A stretch of 64,000 bases of DNA from Schmidtea polychroa. Lineage: Eukaryota. The notes beneath the pieces are model-generated. The model was not told the origin of the DNA. It searched no databases and was given only the letters and a program-made list of their open reading frames with translations. Location: contig CM097885.1 in assembly GCA_044892525.1 (NCBI GenBank), positions 27,468,001 through 27,532,000 on the forward strand, read 5' to 3'. Shown here one piece after another: positions 37,245-50,193 of this stretch (the first letter of the stretch is position 1; every line of letters starts with the position of its first letter). The position numbers and the translations under genes were made by a program.

Positions 37245-37445
37245 AGTATATTGTCTATTCCCTAATAAGACTCAGCAACCTATGACCGCTTTATTGTGAA
37301 ATTTAAAAACATTTTTCTAATTGTATCACCGAAAAAGATACTAACTGATTTTGAGTCAGTGTCAATAGGAGCATTCAACTATGGATACCCAGGAGCATCA
37401 GTAACAGAATGTTGCTTCCATCGAAATCAAAGTGTTCTAAAGAAG
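37245..37445 (+). pseudogene. Mutator (MULE) transposase fragment
   Basis: Manual translation VYCLFPNKT...PKKILTDFESVSIGAFNYGYPGASVTECCFHRNQSV, the MULE D...CxxH region; frameshifted. Confidence 0.7.
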
Positions 37446-40281
37446 GTCATAAACTTACTGTTGGGCTAGAACTGATTTCTAGACCCAAACTTATAACTGT
37501 GACTGAAATGTGTAGGTGCACAACATGCAAAAAGCAAAAAGTATAGTTAAATATTAAAAACTACACCAAATAAACAATATTAATTAAAGGAGAAAACAAC
37601 AAAAACATAAACATAGAAATTAAATAAAATTATACCAAAAGCAAGAAGTTATGCCAAATCTAACTCAAAAATAACCAAATAAACATAGAATTACAAAAAA
37701 ACAAACTCGAATAACTTAAAAAACGGTAAAAACAGTAAAAAATTCCAGAAAAACCCAGAACATTCCATAAAAATGGCAATGATCATCATAAAAGCTACCT
37801 TGAACAATAAAAGTTAGAAAAATAACTAAATTAGTAATAAAAATAAAAAATCTTAAAAAGAAATTCATAAAACATCAGTTAAAATAAAAATAAAATTAAA
37901 ATTAACATGGAATGTTCTGGAACCGTTCCAAATCCATCATGGACGTCGAATTAACAGAAAATAATTAAAAAATAAAAATTTAAAAATAAAAACAAAAATT
38001 ATGGCACAAAAATTGCCATTAAAAATAGCAAAATCGCAAAATAGAAAATTCTGGAATAAAAAGAATTCGAGTTTGTTTTAATGCATCAATACATACACGT
38101 GTACAAAATAGGTATATATACCGACACGTTTCGGTCATAATTTAATCATTTTTATGCCAAATTTTTGTGAAGAAATTTCTAACACTGATAGTGAGTATTG
38201 ATTTTTGTTTTTGATTTTATTATTTGACTAATTATATGACTAATATTTTAAAACCATTTTTTCCTTTTTTATTTTTTTTTGTTTTGTTAATTTGTTAAGG
38301 GATGTACGAAGGTTCAACGGCGTACTGGTATTCCTACGTCGTTGTTCAGTCCTGCATCCAATTTATTAAGATTTAGGACATGCATTATGAATATTATACT
38401 GATTACTTATTATACGAATTTTTTTTGTTCGTGTCCTTCGGAGGTCGAACTACTTCATGGTCCTGCCATGGAGTTAGGTCGAGGAAACCCTCCGTCTGAC
38501 TCTTTGTATTTATTAAAGGTCAGCCGTAAAGGGTTGACTTAGCACATAACATTAAGGTTTGTGGAAGTGGTCACAGTGGGACCATGGAAGCAATATTCTT
38601 CCCGACCTTTGCTTAATACACAATTAATTTCAACATTTAAAATCATGGACAATATCTCTACACTAAGGTATTAATCTGAGTAGAACTCATACCTAAACTT
38701 ACACAATTCTGCACTCACACTCATGTAGTTGGTTGACCCATAAAAGTAATCTCAAGTATAATTTAACAGGCTAATTCAAATATAAATGTAGATATGATAA
38801 ACTTAACTCTTCAAATTTAAGTACAAAATTTAGGGTTTCTATATCGAACATAGTTAGATAAACGATAAATGTGTAATTATCCCAACTTAAAAACCTCAGC
38901 TATGAACAATGTGAATAAATCTTAACTATGAAATAAACCAAATTTAGGTGTATATGGATCAGAAAATATGAATCTAGTTATGTATAGATGGTATATGCAG
39001 TTAACGTTGAAAAGGTAACCCATTTATAAAGGTAGATAGGCGTTGAAGATGTATCTTATAAAATTTCGGTATGAATTTGGGGGACTAAAAATCTAAATCA
39101 TAATTAGTTACGAAAGAATCGTTTTTAATCTTAAAACCATAAATCATAACGATCATAAACATTGTACATAAATTGTATCGATCTTAAAGTTATAATTTCT
39201 CAAAACATAAATTATCGAACTTATAAATGTTATATATAAAGTTTATTGATAGTTATAGTTAAATCTTACTTTATAGAATATAAATTAGAAATAGTGGTAT
39301 ATGGATCTTGATCACAAATATAACTCATAATTATTAACTATATATGTATATTAATTCTGAAAATTATAAACTATAATTAGTTGTATATATAAGGTTTATG
39401 GATGTAAACTATAAGTGATTATAAGTAGCGGCGTATTTACCTGTAGGCAGATTAGGCATTTGCCTAGGGCCTCGGATTTATAAGGGCCTCCAAAATCCAA
39501 AAAAAAATTATAATTTTTTTAAAAAAAAAAAAAAAACAAAGTCGTAGCATTTCAGATTTTAAACTTTAACAGTTTTAAAATTTTCAGAGTTAAAACCTTT
39601 TGGGGCCTCAATTTCTATAAGTAAAAGAATTTGCACATATTCAAAAAGGAAAAAATAACAAATAGGATAAAAGCAAAATCCAAGCAAGGTTTGAATTTTT
39701 ATATTTTGAATATAATATATTTTATTTTGTAAAGGCCTACTAATTTTATTTTATAAATTGAATTTGAGGCCCCACGAATAGGTTTTAAACTCTGAAAAAT
39801 TAAAAAAAAAATTACAAAAAAAAACAATAGTCCGTAGCATTTCAGATTTTAAACTTTTTATTTACAAAATAAAATTAGTAGGCCTTTAAATACAAAATAA
39901 AATTATATGATACACAAAATAGAAATATAAAAATTCAAATAGGAAAAAACAACAACCAAGCAAGCTTTGAATTTGTATTTGTATTTTGTATATTTCTTTT
40001 CCAAAACAGAAAATGCATATGCAATTTCATTTCATTTATTGTTTGAATTTTGTTACACGTTAACATCATGATTTTGAATATTGAAAATAAATATTTGTAC
40101 GTATTGACTATTAGCATAATTTTGATTTTAGATTGATATTTTCCGAATACCCAACAGTTTTTTTTAAACTACCAAAACCAATCGTTGTTTCTTCTTGCTT
40201 TCGTCATTTAATATTTCATAATTCAATCGACAATTATTCCATTTTATTTTTAAAGAAAAATATTGACAAATATACGTTAAA

Positions 40282-42980
40282 ATGAAAAGAACTTTCGAGT
40301 CTGGCGCACAAAAACGATTGTGAAAAAAAATTCAATTGAAGGAAAACGAAAATCAAAGAAACTCCCTTGCTAAATTTATGTCTTTGGATAAAAATGTTCC
40401 ATCTACCAGTACTGCGACTGCAGATAAAACTGTTTCACTACCAGTAATAGCTGGTAGCGATGTTAATCTTTCGATAAGCAGTCTTTGTGCAGAAGTAGGT
40501 GCAAGTGATAATTGCGTTCCCACTACCAATGACATTGAGGTTGAAATTGAGAGTGAAGTAGTAAGTACAAATACTTATCCTATCTTTACTGACATTGGTT
40601 TATGGCCAAAAATAATTACTAATGATTTGATTGAACATTGTATCTGTACAAAACCCAAAAATGTGGGAGATTTAGAATCTTCTAAAAAATGTTATAAAGA
40701 TAACAATGATCAACAAATATACCGAAAATTAAATGATGTACATTTTTATACGACTAAAATAAACGGAGTTCAAGAGCTAAGAGAATGGTTGATTTATTCT
40801 GAAACAACGAAATCTGTTTATTGCTTTGCTTGTAAACTATTTAGTAAAAAATCTAATGTTCTAGTTTCAGGATATTCAGATTGGAAAAATATTGTAGACG
40901 TTTTGAAAAGACATGATGAGTCGAAAGAACATAAAAGTTGTATGTGTGCTTATGTTCGTCGTGCTAAAATAAGTGGTCGCATCGATTCCAAACTTTTACA
41001 GGTAATAGAAAAAGAGTCAATTTATTGGCGAGAGGTATTAAAACGAGTCGTTGCTACAGTTAAACTTTTGGGGAGTTTGGGTTTAGGGTTCAGAGGACAT
41101 GATAATTCTTCCAAAGGCAATTTTTTCAGCTGTATTGAATATTTGGCTGAATTTGATGACTTCTTAAAGGTTCACTTAGAAAAATACAGTAATTGCGGAA
41201 GTGGGCATGTTACCGTATTTTAGCGCATATAACGCGCACGTTATACGCATTTTTACAAACCGTGCACCCCCCCATGCGCGGTATCTGTGGGTGCGCGCTT
41301 TATGATTTATATTTTACACGTGGCGGCATTGCCAGTGGAAATATTTTTATGATGTGACAGTAACCCTACCATCGGTTTTATTGTTTATTGTAATCAGATA
41401 CCGTGCGCGTTATATGCGCTAAAATACGGTAATTATTTATCTAAAAGTACGTGTGATGAATTTATAGAACTTATGGGCAAAACCGTACAAAAATCCATTG
41501 TTGATGAAATAAAACAAGCTAACTATTTTGCTCTTATAGTTGATTCCACGCCTGATGCAAGCCATACTGACCAGTTAACTATTATTATCAGGTACGTAGA
41601 TCTGGATCAAAAAATTCAAGAAAGGTTCATATGTTTTATTTCGATTGAATATCATGATGCAACATATTTAGAAAAAACGATTTTGTCCGCCTTGTCAGAA
41701 TTAGGGTTGAACATTAATAATTGCCGGGGACAAACGTATGATAATGCTGCGAACATGTCAGGCATTTATAACGGTCTCCAAGCCAAAATTAAATGTTACA
41801 GCAAAAATGCTGAATTTGTACCTTGCGCAGGACACTCTTTAAATTTAGTTGGAAATACAGCAGCAGAATGTTCTTCTAAAGCTATTAGATTCTTTGATTT
41901 TATTCAAAATTTGTTTGTTTTTTTTCCTCTTCGACAAAGAGATGTGATCAGCTAATGAATACTGATCAAACATTAAGCCATACTTTAAAACGTATATGCG
42001 ACACTCGATGGTCATCTAGAGCTGAAGCTGTATTAACTGTAAGAATGAATTTTTCTTCCATAAAAACTGTTCTTGGTGAAATTTGTATTAACCCATCTGA
42101 AAAACCCATAGCGAAAATTGAGGCGAAAAAATTACATAGCAGTTTTGAAGATTTAGAGACGGCTCTGTTATTGATTTTTTGGAATACGCTATTGCAAAGA
42201 ATCAATGCCACCAATAAATCGTTACAAAGCAAAGAATGTAACTTACAAAAAGGAACATATTTATTGAAATCTTTATCAGAATTCATACTTAGTATTCGAA
42301 CTAATGATGCATATTTTCACCAAATTGAAAAAGAAGCCATCGAATTATCTGGTAGTACAGAATACTCAACAGCAAAATATCGAAACAGGAAAAGAAAAAT
42401 ACTATTCGATGAAACTTCTGATAATGACACAATTTTATGTGGGAAAGAATTATTCAAAGTTGAAACATTTTACTCAATTTGTGATACTTTAAACTGTGAA
42501 ATAAAAGAAGGTCTGTAGTTTATGACAAGGTATTAGAAAAGTTTCTAATATTTGTTGATTTAGATTTGCCTGAAGAAAAATTTGCTCAGTGTGTATCAAA
42601 TTTAGCTGAACACTATAAAGATGACATAAATCAATTAGTATTCAAAGATGAGGTTGAACAGTTCCTTCATTTTGTAAAATTGGAAAAATTATTAACACTT
42701 CCTGAAATGTATGCATCAATTCTGGAAGGTTTATCTTCAACATTTCCAAACGTTGAAATAATCCTAAAAATTTTTTTAACAATCCCAATTGCAAATGCGT
42801 CTGGTGAGAGATCATTTAGCATTCTTAAGCGGGTCAAAAACTACCTAAGGACGTCACTTGGCCAAAAAAAACTAAATCACTTGGCTATCATGGCAATTGA
42901 AAGCGATCTAGTAAAAAAATTAACTATGACTCATTAATTGATAATTTTGCAAAAAATAAATCACGAAATAAAATATTATA
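40282..42980 (+). pseudogene. ZMYM1-like hAT transposase with stops/frameshifts
   Basis: REWLIYS..YCFACKLF, FRGH, DSTPD, GQTYDNAANMSG, CAGHSLNL, DTRWSSR, ASGERSFS (dimerization domain) over ORFs 40336, 41473, 41955 and 42566. Confidence 0.9.
41213..41429. mobile_element. Tc1/mariner (pogo/Tigger-type) MITE inserted in the hAT transposase
   Basis: Perfect 28-bp TIR ccgtattttagcgcatataacgcgcacg with TA duplication; removal restores GSGHVNYLSKSTCDEFIELMG. Confidence 0.93.
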
Positions 42981-43344
42981 AATGGGCTTTCTTTGGTCAA
43001 AATTTAGAAACCAAGCCATGAAAAAAAATATTAGAGGGGCCACAATAATTGATTTTTGTCTAGGGCCTCAATTTGTTAAAATCCGCCTCTGAATTATAAG
43101 TTCTAACTCTAACATATGGAATATAAATAATGCCAGGTAAATCGGCATTATAAATATAATCTATAAAGAGGTATCAAGAGGTACCAGTTACAAATGATTA
43201 TACTTAATATTTAACTATAAATATATAAAGTATAAATAGCTAGAATAGCTTGCCTTTAAGTACACGACGTTAAAAAATTTAGAAATAAAAATTATATTTT
43301 GTTGAAATTATAAATTATAAATTGAAATTAATTATATTTCTTAT

Positions 43345-43700
<356 letters not shown>

Positions 43701-45061
43701 TAAATAATTATTTCATAAAAATAAAATTATAAAACAAATTATTGATCTTGGGATTCCCCTATCTCTAAATTTAGTTCAGTGGCCCTATCTTCCAATAAAA
43801 GTGCGGAAACTCACTAAATTCTATTTTTAGTAACACCCCCCCCCCGGAAAACGACCTCTATATTACTAATGGGGGAATATATATGTATATATGGATAATA
43901 TAAGTGTGTGTGTGTGTGTGTGAAGATACAAGTATACATGCGTGATTCTGGATATATTCCCATAAATCTACCAAATAGCTGTCCGGATCTCAATGCGGTA
44001 TCATGACCACAACCCTTTGTGGTAATAGTATGAGGAGAAATAATTTACTGAAACAATTTATTAAAATAATTTACTAATTTATTAAAGTTATTAAATTTAT
44101 TTCAAACCCAAATCAAAGGAAGTCTAAATTTATTAATCTCTAAAATTCTGACAAAATTATCAAATCGAAGGACGAGGAGCTTGATGGTGAACTACGTTTG
44201 TTGATCCAGTCGCCCTGTATGTTTGCATCATGGTTTCTTCGAATCATATTCATGCCAAAGTCCTGTGGGCACAGGTGAGGAAATGTATCCCCTGGGGTGG
44301 GAGGGCCTCTGGGTGGTTCCTTCGGTTTTTTTTATTGGTTCAGCGATTTTAGTGTTGTTTTGATGTGATAATGTTGGATAGCCGACTATACTTCTTGTGT
44401 CTCTTATACGTAATCATTGTCAGGTAAATCCACCAGGACGATTAGTGGGTGGAACCAACCTTGGGATGACCGGGCCATCACACCTCATTGAATTGTGGTA
44501 AGCTTGATTGCTGAGCGAGTCTTCGAGTTTTCTCGTTGGTGCTGTCAGGCAGTCCTTGCTCAGGCTGGATGTCGTGGTAGGTTGTTGGTCAGTGGTGATT
44601 GTTGTGGGAGTGCGGCCGACTACTGATATTACTGAAATGTAATTAAAAAATTTACGATATCAACATTTAATATTTTCAGTTGTTTATCTTATCATAGCAA
44701 AATTAACCAAAAGTACAAATTGATTCAAAATTCATTATTTATCATTAATTATAATTATATCAACAAAACAACGAAAAAATTTAGATACTGTTAAATGACT
44801 ATAACAAAACAAAAAGTACTAAAAATCAAGGTTCCATGGCTTTATTCAAATTATTAGTTACCAAATTTTTTCTATTAGATAAAAATTTTTTTTGTCTTCT
44901 TAATTTAATTGATTGAAAATTATCGCCAAGTTAAATTCAATCTTCGTGTTAAAAGCACTTAACTTACTTACAGTAACTTATTATTTAGTTGAGATATTTT
45001 ATCATAACTTCAATTTGTAAGTCATTGGTTGGGAACAGGTTTTAACATTTGTACTGCAGAC

Positions 45062-46117
45062 ATGTCACAATCAAGCGACCACAGTGAAGAAGAGGACCAA
45101 CATATGATCACTCGACTCCGTACCCGGTACATTTGGTACCACATCCATCGGTGGAGTCAGGGACGGGATCTGGATAGCACTAATCGAGTTATCTGAAGTG
45201 GCCCCGAACCAGATGCCCCGGCGTGGGTGAAGATAGAACCGGCAAACAATGTACTCCAGGAGGCCCGTGATCAAGCGGCTGGTGCCGTAGAGGCCACCCA
45301 GGTGCGACTCAAGAAGATCGAGTTGCAAATCAGAGCAGAAAGGGAGGGAGTGCCCCTGGAGGAGCTAGAGGAGGCCGAAGCACCCCCACGAAAGAGAGGG
45401 AGGCCCCGCAAATGCCGATGGTGATCAAGGACTGACTCTTGACTTACTATAATCAACTCCTTTTCATTGTTTATATTGTGATGAATAATCAAAAACTGGT
45501 TGAGGATCATATTTTACTCCTTTTAATAAATTATCTTCTGAATAAATTGTCTATTTAATATCTAAAAGTATTGTTATGCATGATATTGATCTTATTATAT
45601 TGAATGAGTGGAATGCTGCAAGAAGGTAATCATTGTATTTTTTCTAGTGTTCAAACTATGTGAAAATCTACAAAGGGACAGAGAAGAAGCCCAAAAACAG
45701 GCCGAGGAGCTCCGCGTACGAGTGGACCAGCTCAAAGGGCGGTGCCGGAAACTCGAGGGCACCTGGTTTAGTCCCGAAACAATGAAGAAGAAAACAGCCC
45801 AGATCCTCCAGCTGCAAACACAGGCCGCCCAGGATCAAATGGAAATTCGTGCCCTAAAACTGCAGGTACGCGCGCTCGAAACCAAACGGAATGAACAGTT
45901 GGTGCAGGAGGCCGTGGCAAGACAAATACGGCCACTGGCCGTTGAACTCGCAACAATATATTCCCCGGCCGCTGAAAATAAGCCCAAAAGAAAACGGCTC
46001 GGACGGAATATTCGTGAAAAATTAAAGAAAGCTAGGCTGGCCGAATACGAGCGGCAACCAAATTCATCACAAGCGTCTACGACGGGGTTGGCCAGCTCTA
46101 CCAACAAGTCGATTTGA
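45062..46117 (+). pseudogene. Copy B of unknown coiled-coil protein gene with AT-hook and basic motif
   Basis: ATG 45062, one in-frame TGA (Arg codon in copy A), AT-hook PRKRGRPRK, AT-rich intron-like spacer, then coiled-coil segment and KPKRKRLGR; homologous to copy A. Confidence 0.65.
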
Positions 46118-46286
46118 ACTTCTTTCTGTCTTGTATATTTTGTAGTGTGTGTCGTATATTTTTGTAGCATCAAAATAAATTTTGTTAAAATAATTCATAT
46201 GTTGTAGTAGTAAAATAATTTCAACTATATTTTATGATTGCCTGAGAAATGGGAGTTTGTGCGTAAGGTTGGGAAAACAATTTTAA

Positions 46287-46516
46287 TAAGGGACCTGAGA
46301 AATTGGACATACACCTTTTAACGGTAGTCCGTGAACCCATAGAGTACTCGACAATTATAGTGCCTTAATGCACTCACTTTTTGCGAGTACTCAACCCTTG
46401 GTACAGTACCAACGTTGATTACTCAACGGGTACCAAGTGGAAACGTAATGTTGTATTCTGGGTTACACTGGTAACAGCATTAACTAACAAACCTTCAACC
46501 ACCAGTAACCCACCAT
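46287..46516 (+). ncRNA. Candidate structured RNA, copy B (four hairpins)
   Basis: Same stems as 12266-12496 with cttggtac/gtaccaag, agtgc/gcact and tggac/gtccg variants. Confidence 0.55.
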
Positions 46517-47088
46517 TACTATGAAGTCCGAATACAAAAGCGATGATAAATTGTGTGGATTTGTGCGATGTTTAACAGCACTCGCACATGTCCCAGTTGA
46601 TGATGATGGTGAATCATTCGACTTGCTAGCTAAACGGATGCATAAACACGAAAAAAGATGAACCGACCGTGGATCAAGAGTTCATGGATGAATCTTCCGT
46701 GAATGAAAAGTTTGCATGCCATTCTGGTTTACGTTGGAAACAGCATAAGGGATATAATGATGGTCATCTGTAACCCACCAATGATATATTGAGAATAGTG
46801 AAGGTATTGATAAATGACAAAGAATTCACATCCGACCATACATTCTCTGCGAACTAGTGACATCCAGATTTTTTTGAGTTAAATTAGATTTATTTTTTCT
46901 AAAATTATTTTATTTTAAGTACATACACACCCATGATTTGTTATTTTAAACCTTAGTTGTTAACATGAATTTAATTGATTATTTCAAACAATCAAATTAT
47001 TAAATAATTTTATTTTTATTTTATTGTGGCCTTTCATTAGCGATTTTAATAAGAATTTTTCATAATTCTTATTTAATTATTTTTTATT

Positions 47089-47678
47089 ATTTTTCGAGCC
47101 ACTACATTCCTAATTTATCTGATTACGGTTTTTGTATGAAAATACAACCAATAATCATTCTTCATTTTTGATATTTTTAATTCGCTCTTTCATTTACTAT
47201 TCTCATTCTTTTGAGTCCACAGGTTTTTCGAATGCGTTGTTTCTCACTTAACTATATCATTGTAACTAATTGCGTTTATCAATTTTATTATACTTGTTTA
47301 TTTATCCTCAATGTGTTGTGTACTTTACTTTGTACTGTTTTATGTATAATCATATATTTTGATTCGATTTGGTGCAGTTTCCTTGCTATATATTTACAAC
47401 GCATTTTCGGCTCTAGCCCAACAAAATGGTTAGATTGTTGTTATATTGACGTGGGATTTTGGATTTCCTTTGAATTGGGTTTTCATTTTCTGTCTTTTGA
47501 GTCAATGTTGATAGGACATTTATTTGATCACGTACTGTAATGCTTAATTTGGGCGAATGTCTCGATGGCCCTGTTCTTGTATTTCAACACTACAACTATA
47601 CCAAGTTTCAGTCCAATAGTTGCATAACAGAAATCGTAATGATGTAGCACAACATAAAATGAAAAGGTTATATGCCAA
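47089..47678. repeat. Left copy of ~590-bp direct repeat flanking the Polinton
   Basis: Near-identical to 60757-61342; ends exactly at the agtagt terminus. Confidence 0.92.
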
Positions 47679-48572
47679 AGTAGTGTGTTTATATCCCTAA
47701 CCAAAACAGCCCTCCCAACAAAACATACCTCCATTACGCCTAAACCATTAGAAAAACAATCTAAAACTTATACTTTTATAGTATTTTAACCCTATATTTT
47801 TGAAAACAACCACCCTTAATGACTCTAAACCCTCAAACTCAAAAGCTTCAAACTAAAAACATAAAGAGAATAGAAAAGAAAATGGTATTATGAAAAAGTT
47901 GGAGGGCTATTTTGGTTAGGGATATAAACACACTACTTGAGGATGTCAACTAGCAACTTGCTATTTGACTAATTTGACTCATTAAAAAATAAATATAAAA
48001 ACATCATAAAAAATCAAAACAGGGTTATACAAAAGTTAAATATTTTATAAATCTTGAAGAATAAAAAATTTTATGAAATAGTAAAACTGCTCTGAGAGGA
48101 CAGTGGTTTTTTTTTTTTCACTGTCCTCTCAACAGTTTTTTTGATCCGGATCATTTTTTTATTCAACCTCTTTCGTTTATCAAATCTCTTCCAATATACA
48201 AGCTGGCCAGACTTATACATCAGAATCAATTCGATCTTGAAAGTACAAATGAATTCGAAAGCGAATCCGAAAGAGGTCCGAAAACAACTGAGAAAGGGAT
48301 CGATCCGGGTGTGTTCGAAAGACTGGTGGCGATAATTACCGATTCGCCATCACACCCGTTTCAATATATATTTTTTTCATATTTATGTTTAAAAATTAAT
48401 TAATTAATAAAAAAATAAAATAAATAAAATAAAATATACAACTACTTTATAAATCTAAGATACCCACACCATTTTCAATATTATTTTCAAATTTTTAATA
48501 TTATTTTATGTTGAAAAAAAACTAACCTCAGATGTGATTTGAACCGCTATCTATTTGAACCACTGTGCCAGT

Positions 48573-48842
48573 CTAGCCCACTGCGCTATCTTGCTTTGGA
48601 TTTTTGTCATTTTTACAACTATAAATAATCGATTCAAGTTCTTTAACTCTTTCCTGTAATTGTTTCATTTTCTTTAACCTTATCTCAGCAACTTCTACAG
48701 CTTTCATGTAAAAATGTCGATACTTTTCATTCTCTACCATCAACTCTTTGATGTATTCTAATGGTTCTTCTTCTCTTCTTTTCATTCTCTTATGTTTAAC
48801 TTCATTCAATTCATTTCTCATTCTTTCAATTAAGTCAGTCAT
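48573..48842 (-). CDS. Small coiled-coil protein of the Polinton, unknown function
   Basis: 89-aa charged helical ORF with aaaATG context, divergent from the capsid gene. Confidence 0.55.
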   Translation of the reverse strand: MTDLIERMRNELNEVKHKRMKRREEEPLEYIKELMVENEKYRHFYMKAVEVAEIRLKKMKQLQERVKELESIIYSCKNDKNPKQDSAVG

Positions 48843-48889
48843 TTTATAAATATTTTTTTTATTGGATATATTAATTTTAATATATAAAA

Positions 48890-50176
48890 ATGAATAATAT
48901 AAAAATTCAAGAAAAAAATAAATTAAATCTTGATTATAATAAAGAATTTACTCATGAAATCAAGAAAAATGATGTACTTAAAATATCCCCAACTTCAGGA
49001 TCTATAGCAAACTTAAATCGTAGGGGTGATATAGTTTTTCAATCTCTTCAAACATCAAACCCAATAGATATTTGTAATGCCAAATTATATTATAAAATTG
49101 AATTAGAAATTGAAGCAAACAAAGATATAACCCTAGAAAATAATTTCTTTCCAAATTTATTCTCCAACATGAGATTAAAACTAGGATCATCAGAAATTGT
49201 AACTGTTTTACATCCAGGAGTATATTCTACAATGTTAAATTTTATTTTGACTGGTTGTGATTATAAAAATGAATATGGTAAATTAACAGGTTGGATTCCT
49301 GATGTTAATAAAGGGGATTTAGATAAAGATGGTTTAGATATAAATTATGCTTACTATAAAAGAGCTGAACTTTATAAATCTAAAAAATTTGAAGGTTATT
49401 TTGAATTAAAACACTTGTTTGGATTCCTTCAAAACTATAATCGTATACTTCATAATGTTTTTATAGAATTAGTTTGTAATAGAGTAGAAGGTGATAAAAG
49501 ATTGTTCTATGGAGATAAGGATACAACAGCTAAATTAAAAATATCAACACTTGAATTGCATATACCTGAATGGCCATTAAATCCACATTCTGAAATCAAA
49601 CTCCTTGAAAGATTAAATTCCAACAAGTCTATAAATGTAAATTATTTAAATAGAATCTGTAGTGAATTTAGTATGACAGAGGGTTCAACATATTCTATAA
49701 AGGTAGCAAATTTAGCATACCGACCAAGATATATCTTGATTGGATTCAAAGAAGTAGATTCATCTTTCCAAAAAAATAACAACCTATTTATTCAAAAGAT
49801 TGAAAATGATAATTTAAAAACAATCCAAATTCAATTAAATAGTTCTTATTATCCAATAAATAGAATGGAATTTAATATTGAAAATAATGAAAACATATTC
49901 CCATATCTAAATTATATTGGAACATGTTATGATTTCAAAGTTGAACCACAATTAAGTTTAGAAGATTTCAAAAATTTATATTCTATATTTTGTATAAATG
50001 TATCAGATCAAGATGATAGATTAGCCATAAATAATGTTGATGTTACACTTCATGTAACAAAGGATTCTAATTTCAAAGCTAAAGTATATACATTAATATT
50101 AGAAGAAAAGAAAATAGAAATGAAATTATATGGTGGAAAGATTTCAATTATTGAAAATGTTAGGGGAGATTCTTAA
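48890..50176 (+). CDS. Major capsid protein (double jelly-roll, Polinton PY/hexon-like)
   Basis: Intact 428 aa, beta-rich; NNFFPNLFSNMRL, PRYILIGF, YSIFCINVS motifs; genomic context. Confidence 0.8.
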   Translation: MNNIKIQEKNKLNLDYNKEFTHEIKKNDVLKISPTSGSIANLNRRGDIVFQSLQTSNPIDICNAKLYYKIELEIEANKDITLENNFFPNLFSNMRLKLGSSEIVTVLHPGVYSTMLNFILTGCDYKNEYGKLTGWIPDVNKGDLDKDGLDINYAYYKRAELYKSKKFEGYFELKHLFGFLQNYNRILHNVFIELVCNRVEGDKRLFYGDKDTTAKLKISTLELHIPEWPLNPHSEIKLLERLNSNKSINVNYLNRICSEFSMTEGSTYSIKVANLAYRPRYILIGFKEVDSSFQKNNNLFIQKIENDNLKTIQIQLNSSYYPINRMEFNIENNENIFPYLNYIGTCYDFKVEPQLSLEDFKNLYSIFCINVSDQDDRLAINNVDVTLHVTKDSNFKAKVYTLILEEKKIEMKLYGGKISIIENVRGDS

Positions 50177-50193
50177 TATTTTAACATTTTAAA

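Larger units (their letters stand above)
39426..43091 (+). mobile_element. hAT transposon with ZMYM1-like transposase, decayed
   Basis: Imperfect TIRs tagcggcgtattt/aaatccgcctctg, flanked by (g/a)attataag on both sides; subterminal gcctagggcc motifs; internal transposase. Confidence 0.85.

Noticed and set aside
47211..47540. Duplicated hydrophobic ORF (also 60800..61204)
   Set aside because: Identity simply reflects the ~590-bp duplication; non-ATG start and no coding evidence.
48514..48595. Functional tRNA gene
   Set aside because: T-stem and acceptor stem do not pair; kept only as a Pol III-like finding.
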